A stretch of DNA of 56,968 bases, counting the filler, from Sphacelaria rigidula (Eukaryota): NCBI GenBank assembly GCA_964200075.2. It is 8 parts of 8 records of this genome, joined end to end, with 100 filler letters (N's around TTAATTAATTAA, not from the genome) between each part and the next. Parts side by side here need not be neighbours in the genome. Positions count along the whole stretch, not along the records: positions 49,936 to 56,968 come from CAXNAA020016846.1; 7 more parts are not named here. One strand, given 5' to 3'. Shown piece by piece: positions 49,836 through 56,968 of the stretch (position 1 is the stretch's first letter; every line of letters begins with the position of its first letter). The notes under the pieces were generated by a model. It was given only the letters and a program-made list of their open reading frames with translations. It was not told where the DNA came from and did not search any database. The position numbers were made by a program, and so were the translations under genes.

Positions 49836-50471
49836 NNNNNNNNNNNNNNNNNNNNNNNNNNNNNNNNNNNNNNNNNNNNTTAATTAATTAANNNNNNNNN
49901 NNNNNNNNNNNNNNNNNNNNNNNNNNNNNNNNNNNTGGTTGGTGTTGGTGGGGGGGGGGTGGTGGGTGGGTGTGGGGGGTGGGGGGGATTTTGATTGATT
50001 GATTGTCGCACTTTAAGTGACCCCCGAGGGGTCCATCCGTGGTCTCATGATAGACGTACCCAAGGAAACGAAACTGAAACACGTCCAGAGAAGAAAATCA
50101 GAAAAAAAAAGGGGGTCGAACAGAGCGACATGACAGACTGAGTCATAACAAGAAAAAAGGCAATAAAAAAGTCAACACAAGCAAAGCACGGAAAGAAATG
50201 GCCGACCTAAAACAAGAAAAAAAGAAGAGAAGAGGAAAGTACAGAGCAAATGAAAAAAATACAGTAAAATGAGAAGGAGCGGGGGAGGGGGGGGATTTCT
50301 GTGCTTCTTGTGAGTTTGCCCACAGTAAAAAAAAAAGTGGAGTAAAAAATGCGAAGAAATTAATGATTACGTGGGAAATGATGAAATGCAACGAATGCAA
50401 CGAATGCCCGATAGGTGCTATCGTGTGGAGTCGGGGAGTGTGTGGGCGGGGATGGAACCGATCGAAAGCAG

Positions 50472-53400
50472 GCTGCACTGGTGCAGTCTCTGGCGGGATT
50501 TCCTGCAGTGCTGTTGGCGTGCGGGAACAGTCACTCCATTGTCATCGGCGCCGACGGCGAGGCGGTTGCGTTCGGCCTCAACACTCACGGTCAGGTATGT
50601 TGATTTTTCTAGGGTCCTGCTCCCACCGAAGATCGGCTTCCACTACCGCCGTGACGATGCTGTAGTTCTCAGAGTCTGGATGCATGGATGTAGAGTGGAG
50701 CACATATAGGTTGATTAATCCTAGAGGGGGTGGGTCCGATTTTGAGGACCAGAGAGCAGCTGTAGAAAGTTGTTGGTCGTGGGTAATAATCTCAGTTGAT
50801 CTCGTCTAGCAAGGCGAAAACCACAGTACCCCAACAAAACTGTTTGTGGGAAATGATCCCAGTGGATCTTGTCTAGAGGGACAAGAATCACAGTACCCCA
50901 GTAACGTCAAGAACATACTTTGCACAATTGTACTCTTTTTTTTTCATGCAGAGCCCCAGAATATGAAGCACGTGTCCAAATGGTGCTTCCATGATGTTTT
51001 TTCCCGTGGTGAGCAAAGTGCGGTGCTGGAGCGCTGTTGCGTTTGGGAGAAGCTATGGTGATGCGTACATATCCGGGGGTGGACTCGTATGTCCTACACC
51101 TGACACATCGTTTCACCCGCTCGTCCTCCCCTGTCACAAAAGGGGTAGGTAGGGAGGTAGGTAAGTAGGTAAGTAGGTAGATACGAGACTGGTGAACAGA
51201 CCTAGAGTTCACGTCACTGTCTCGTGATGCGGGGAGGGGGGTTGATGAAGTCATACTGCCCAGTGCATGGTTTGTGCGAGAAGCTCTGGTGGTTTAGGGT
51301 TATTGAACATGCAGTTTGTTGCGTGGTTGGAGTGTGATTACAGAACACACTTGTGTGTCGAAAGATCCCGGCCCAAAAGCGGTACAGAGGATGCGGGATT
51401 TCCACCAAACAGCCGCAGTGTCCTGGTGGCGTAGTGGTGCGACGTGATGGAATGAGCGCGGGGACAATGTTGTTGTTGCCGTTCACACAATAAGAACCGT
51501 TCCGATATCTGCGCAGTACTCTCAACACTTTCTCCGATAGCCCCCACCCCCCACCCCTCACCCAGCGCGCGCGCCCAATAGTGGCTGGTTTGGGGAGGCA
51601 TCATAGAAAGAAAGACTCCTTTTAGACCCCTTTTTACTTTCGTACTAGGCATTTGAATGCAAACGGCTTCCGTGAAATATGATCAGCAAAACTAGTTTTT
51701 GGACTGAAGTTATTTGATAGGAGTCGAGGTGGTGCGGAAGTGTTGGCCCAATCCGCCAGAGACTGAAATGCAAGGTGTGTGCCAGGGGGAGGAGGGGGGG
51801 ATCGCTCATTGATCCTTGAAGATGACTATGGATTCGTCCCGAGGACAGGGAAGGGGGTGAAAATGTGATCAATGGAATAAACACACACACCCATTTTTTT
51901 TTCTCCATAACAACTCAAATCGCTCAAAAAAAATTCCCCTTCCTTGATTGCTTTCGCGATGTTCCGCATATTGACAAAATTAATCTCGTGTCAAAATTTC
52001 AGCTCATAACTCTCCTCAACTTGAGCAGTGCAAAATTGTTCCAACGCCAATAGGCATATATATATCTTGGCTGGTCCAGCTCGTACGCAGTGTTGAAATA
52101 GAGCACACCCTGAATAAATATATATGGTCAATAGATGCAATAGACAAGAATTTATACTGGGTAAAGTATGGGCCTATTGCAACTATGGTTGGGCCGTCCA
52201 GCAACAATTGCAATAGGCCCATACTTCACCCAGTACATTTCTTGTCTTTTGCATCTATGAACCATATATTGTCAGCATCCTGGGTGTGAAATATTCCAAA
52301 CATCCAACTGCTGACGTACTATTTTGATGCCTCTTCTATATTGTTAGCCTTGACCCTTGTACCCCCCCCCACCCACCCATGAGGCAGTGTATAAGCCGTG
52401 GCTGCAGCTCGAAGTGGCGATATCTCAGAATAAAGCAACTCATTGTTGGCTGTAATCCACATGCAAGATGATCAGTAGACTTCGGGCCGACTAATCTTAG
52501 CAAGATGCCGCTCACTCTTCATGCGACCCGCCGAACACACCACGGCGCTTCGCGCTTGGTGATTGAGCGCGAGCCTTGTCCGGCGAAAATCGGGCATGCT
52601 CCGTCCCAGCTTTGTAGGGATACGAAGTCAATGATCTCATGACTATGGCATACATGATCGTGAGTACCCCCCCACCCCCCTTCCGTTCCCGTTCCCGTTC
52701 CCGTTCCCGTTTCTATGACAGCTTGGAATTGGTGACATGGCCGAGGGCGACGAGCCGGCTGTGCTGTCGCCCCGGCCGGTGGTGGGCACGTGTCCGGAAC
52801 CCGTTACGAGCCTCCCGGACGACACTAAGCCTGCATCGACTACTACGCCCAATCGGGCATCACGTGTTGCCGATGCGAAATCTAGCACTGCTGCTGTGTT
52901 AGACCAGAATGGTGCTGCAGGTGCGTCTCTTGTTGTTGATGTTGATTTTGATGCTGACTGATGATTGATTGATTGATTGTCGAACACTCATTGATGCCTT
53001 GCAAATCCGGCCGTGCGTGTGGTCAGGCAAGATGAGGACACTAATGATGGTGATTTGTTGTTTGTTGTTGGCAGCGGCAGTAGTGCCAAAATAGTCGGGC
53101 TTCATGAGTAAGAAGTTTTCGGTGTATGTTTTTTTTCAATTTGGTGCTATTTTTGCACACAGTATTGGATCCGTTGTCTCTTGCACTAGGCGCAATAGTC
53201 GATACTGTACACAGCGCACTTTTTTTGGCAGTGTATTCCATTGTTCAGGGTGTGTATTTTGGTTTTTTTCTTCGGTTGGAGCCTTCACAATGAACCGATA
53301 TTTCCTCTTTGAAGGAACTAGCACGGACGGTATTGGACAGACGAGGCTATGCCTGTGACCACGGGTTTGAGAGGTCGGGCTAATGTGAGGAAAATAATAA

Positions 53401-56363
53401 TAGTGATGATGAAACACGTGAACTTTCGGGTGGCCACCGCAATGCCAGTGGGCCGTCGTTGGGTCAGTTGTGGCGTTAGGGATGACGGTGAAGTCCGCTC
53501 GCAAAGAGTGAACAGAAAGATCATCATTGTCATGCTGTGACATACGTATTTTTCCCATTGTTTCAGAGAATGACTAGAGAAATTCACGGAAAATATTGTG
53601 CTGAAAGGACTACGATCATCGTACATCAGCCTAGCAGTACCACTTGGTGAAGATTATCTCTCAGTACGGGACAAGGCGTATTGTTCTGTAATGGGTAGGC
53701 CATTAGTGAAATAAACCAGGCTTTCAAATCGCAGTTTCATGAAGGAAAGGAGGGGTTGAAGAAGTCAGGGTCGGGTCAGTTTGTCGAGAAGTGCGGGAAG
53801 ATTTGTATTGCGTGAGAGGACCGCGTGCTTGGCGGACCGCACCGTCGTTCAAAACACCTCAGGATCGATGTTTTTCAAAACCAACCGAGCCAGTCCCTGC
53901 AGGGACCACGCCCGTGACCCTAGCCCCAACACCAACCATAACCATAACCCTAACCATGCGGATGTTCAAATTCCGATGCGGTCCTGTAAGCATGCGGTCC
54001 TCTCACGCATTACAAGATGATGAGTCTATTATCTCATCCCCCGTCCCCTCGGCTTGAATGCTCTCGCGCAGTCGGTACAGCCACCGCCACCCTCAGCCGC
54101 CGCGGTGGTGGTGGCGGCGGAACTATCCCTCCCCAGTTCTTGGTCGCGCGAGCAGCCTGCGGACAGAGCCATACCGTTTTCGTCTCGAAAAGCGGCGAAG
54201 CCTGGGTGTGCGGCCGGAATAGATCAGGACAGTTAGGTCTCGACCCGGCCTCAACACCCGCCATTTCTACACCCGTTCGTTTGCTATTGGCCACCACTGG
54301 TTCTTTTCCGTCTGGAACCAGTTCTTCTCCGTCCGGAACCGATCCTCCTCCATCCGGCACCGGTGACCCTTCTCTCACTGGAGCCGATCCTTCTATTTCT
54401 GGAACGGGTTCTCGGAACGCGGATGTTGTCGAAGCAGCCGCCGGCCGGGCGCACACCTTACTATTGTGTAGCGATGGCCGACTGTTGGGCTTTGGTAGCG
54501 ATGAATTCGGCGGCGCAGGGGGTGCGGTGGCTGGGGGTGGCGCGGAAGGAAGCGAAAGCGGGGCGAAGCAGTCGACGAGCTGGAGACCGCGGGAGATTAG
54601 GGGGGCGTGGCCGGAGCGGTGGGTTGCTGCTGTGTCTGCCGGTGGGGAGCAGAGTTTTGCGCTCACGTTGCCCGTGGATGAAGCGGCGGCGGCAGCGGCC
54701 GGAAGTGATGCTGCGCCTGTGGCTACTAGTGGTGGTGGGTTGATGGTAGCAAAAAAAGGGCTATAGTGGTGTGGTATCGTTTTTGTTGTTGTTGTTGTTG
54801 TTGGGTGTCGGCACCGATGCCGACTGTGACGACATCGGAAAAACCCGTACCCATGTGTAATATTTCATTTTTATTTTTATTGTTTTAATTGTCGCACTTT
54901 GAACACCTCCCCTTCCTCGGGGCGAGTCCATGGTCTCAAGGAACCAACCCATCTATCTCTCCGCGGTAGTAGGTGTATATTGTGGTATCGTGTTGGTAAA
55001 TAGGTGTGTTGATTGTCGCCAGGCTTTCCCCGTCACCGGGTCGAAGAGGCACGTGTGGATCATGATCTAAGTACGATCGGGGCTCGCTCTCCTTGCTTGC
55101 AGCTGGAAGAGAAGGAGGCGCAGCCACCGATTTTCTCGGGATATACTTTCACGTCTGCATATCGGTTGCGACGGTGTTCCTGTTTGATGTAAATTCAACT
55201 GTCATACCCCACCGGGTCACGATCCCACGAATTATCCCCGCTCATCAGTCATACTACGTGACGACCCTTCTTCCGAACGGGTACCGTTCTTCGTTCAACC
55301 CGTTTTGATCGCTTCCCTTCCCCCCCCTGGTCCGGCGACAACCCATGGTACTTTGTCCCGGCTTCGTAAGGATGCAAGGTCAATGGTATCATGACTGCGG
55401 CATGCAAGATTATGAGTACCCCCGCCCCCAATAAACAAACACAGAGCACATGCAGAACCGGTACACCCCCTGCAAATTTACAATTGTTTGTGATTTTCAG
55501 CCTGTACGCTGTTCAAGTATTTTTGGCACCTGTCCGGGACATGGGCCCTCCATAGTAGCTGCAGAGGCAGCACACGGAACCTAACGACCCAAGCGACATG
55601 ATTAGATACGTGGACGATGGGCAAATAGAGCAGTTTATTGAGTTTTGATTGGTTGAATTCGTTTGCTGTTACGTGGAGCGTGAATCCCCAAACTAAAGCC
55701 CCAGTCAACATTCGTGTGTATGTGCGTGTGCTTTCCCCCCCGACATTTTAAGTGTTGAACCCTCCCCCTCTCCTCCTCTGGTGAGACACCCATGAGGCAG
55801 TGTAAAAGCCGTGGCTGTCTCTGGAAGGGGCGATACCAGGAAATAAAGGAACTCATCGTAGGCTGCCATCCAAATGCGAGATAATCGGTAGGCTTCGGGC
55901 CGAACAATCTCAGCAGGATGCAGCCCACCCTTCATGCGACCCGCTGAGCGCATGACGGCCCTTCGCCCTTGGTGGTTTGAGTGCGAGCCTGGTCCTTTGA
56001 AAACCCGGCGTTCTCCGTCCCGGCTTTGTCGGGATGCGAGGTCAATTGTCTTATGACTAAAGAATACATGATCATAAGTACCCCCCCCCCCCCCCCCCCC
56101 CTCCTCTCTTCATTTTGATATTATGCACCGGAATCGGTCCATCACGTGGAGTAGCAGCTAGCGGCAAGGCAGAAGCAGGTGCTCCTTGGCTGCGACCAGA
56201 ATCAGCCGTAATGACTGGTCGGCGCGGGTTCCCGGTACCGCCTGCGGCGTGCAGGATGAGGAGTGCGGCGGACTTCTTGGAGCTGATTCGCCGTGTGCCG
56301 ACGCAGGGGGAAGGCGGGGGAGGGTCGAGGGCAGGGTCCCCCGAGGAGCTTGCTTTACTCGAG
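50472..56363 (+). CDS. RCC1-repeat protein (HERC/UVR8-like beta-propeller), partial; exons 50472-50594, 52722-52920, 54072-~54734, ~56158-56363
   Basis: RCC1 repeats LACGNSHS...AFGLNTHGQ|LGIG, AACGQSHT...VCGRNRSGQLG, AAAGRAHT...GFGSDEFG and VSAGGEQSF. Exon phases are compatible. The 54734 donor and 56155/56158 acceptor are less certain. Confidence 0.85.
52105..52288. repeat. Inverted repeat/hairpin (similar foldback at ~56560-56760)
   Basis: TACTGGGTAAAGTATGGGCCTATTGCAA ... TTGCAATAGGCCCATACTTCACCCAGTA, extending imperfectly outward. Confidence 0.7.
52375..52672 (+). mobile_element. Family B 5'-truncated copy (others at 6975-7034, 14540-14597, 17778-17925, 21233-21302, 35670-35733, 37928-37955, 55327-55422, 55779-56081)
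   Basis: Shared body and the tail ...GACTAYGGCATGCAAGATCATGAGTACMCCCC. All copies share the same 3' end with variable 5' truncation. Confidence 0.8.
53803..54015. mobile_element. MITE with internal telomere-like (AACCMT) repeats
   Basis: TIRs TTGTATTGCGTGAGAGGACCGCGTGCTT / AAGCATGCGGTCCTCTCACGCATTACAA. GAT on both flanks. Confidence 0.65.
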
Positions 56364-56968
56364 GTGACATGCCGGTTCATGTGTGCTTTCGTGTGAAATT
56401 CACTCGCGTGCGCGTGTATTTTTCTTCCATTGTGTGTGTATATCTTGGTTGATAATAGTAACAAAAGCCTTGGGAAGGAAAAGGAAGGGAAGGGAAGCGC
56501 CGGAGCAGGTGGCCAGTAAAAACGAGGCTAGAGGCAATAGTAACGACAAAAATATAGGGTTTCGGAAAACGCTTTTTTGTCATTTCAGAGTGCAAATATC
56601 TCAGGATCAGAGGGCAGAATTGAAATATATATAGATCTATACCTCATAGAAAAAACGTCAAGGGGGTGCCACATTTGATGGAGGGGGAAATAATTTTTCG
56701 TCACACCCTGATCCTGATATATTTGCTCTCTGAAATGACAAACAAAAAGCGTTCTCCGAAGTTCTCTAATATCTGGTTGCGAAAAAAAAGAGTACCGACA
56801 ACAGTGCCGAAACTGTCCGCAAGGAGTGGAAGTTATTTGCGGGGACGAAATAGAAAAAGTGGCTCCTGAATATATTGCAGTGGTGCCATTTTTCATGTGA
56901 TGTGCTTGCAAGTACTGTATATAGGATATAGTCCCGTGTGCTTTGCCCGAGAGACTGCTCCCCCCCCC

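Noticed and set aside
54034-54666. 210-aa minus-strand ORF and similar antisense ORFs over exons
   Set aside because: Antisense shadows of GC-rich coding exons.
1-56968. Functional gene cluster (carrier, UTP15, UPF0489, VMA21, dynein, RCC1)
   Set aside because: The genes lie on separate contigs joined only by length order.

Overview
Eukaryotic, intron-rich and repeat-dense DNA whose gene content and repeat style suggest a brown alga (Phaeophyceae; this is an inference). The window is not a contiguous locus. It is eight unrelated contigs of 7034,7034,7034,7034,7033,7033,7033 and 7033 bp, joined by 100-nt N44-TTAATTAATTAA-N44 spacers, i.e. a size-sorted pseudo-scaffold of unplaced contigs. Spliced genes reconstructed by hand from GT-AG junctions and reading phase: a partial mitochondrial carrier (-), partial UTP15 (+), a complete 3-exon UPF0489/C5orf22-family gene (+), a complete 4-exon VMA21 (+) with a 31-nt microexon and a divergent first exon of a possibly PRMT1-like gene (-), a partial polyQ/Gly-rich putative transcription regulator (-), five exons of an outer-arm gamma-type axonemal dynein heavy chain (+) and four exons of an RCC1-repeat protein (+). 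The rest is mostly mobile DNA: 3' fragments of an RTE/RTEX-like LINE, a ~560-bp non-coding element that shares the LINE's 3' tail, two tRNA-headed SINE families, and hAT-, Harbinger-, piggyBac- and mariner-type MITEs, some nested or forming long hairpins. The most notable signal is that the LINE and its non-coding partner end in oligo(C) rather than poly(A) and appear to insert specifically into C/G homopolymer tracts, with C-run-led target-site duplications. No database search was run, so novelty is untested.
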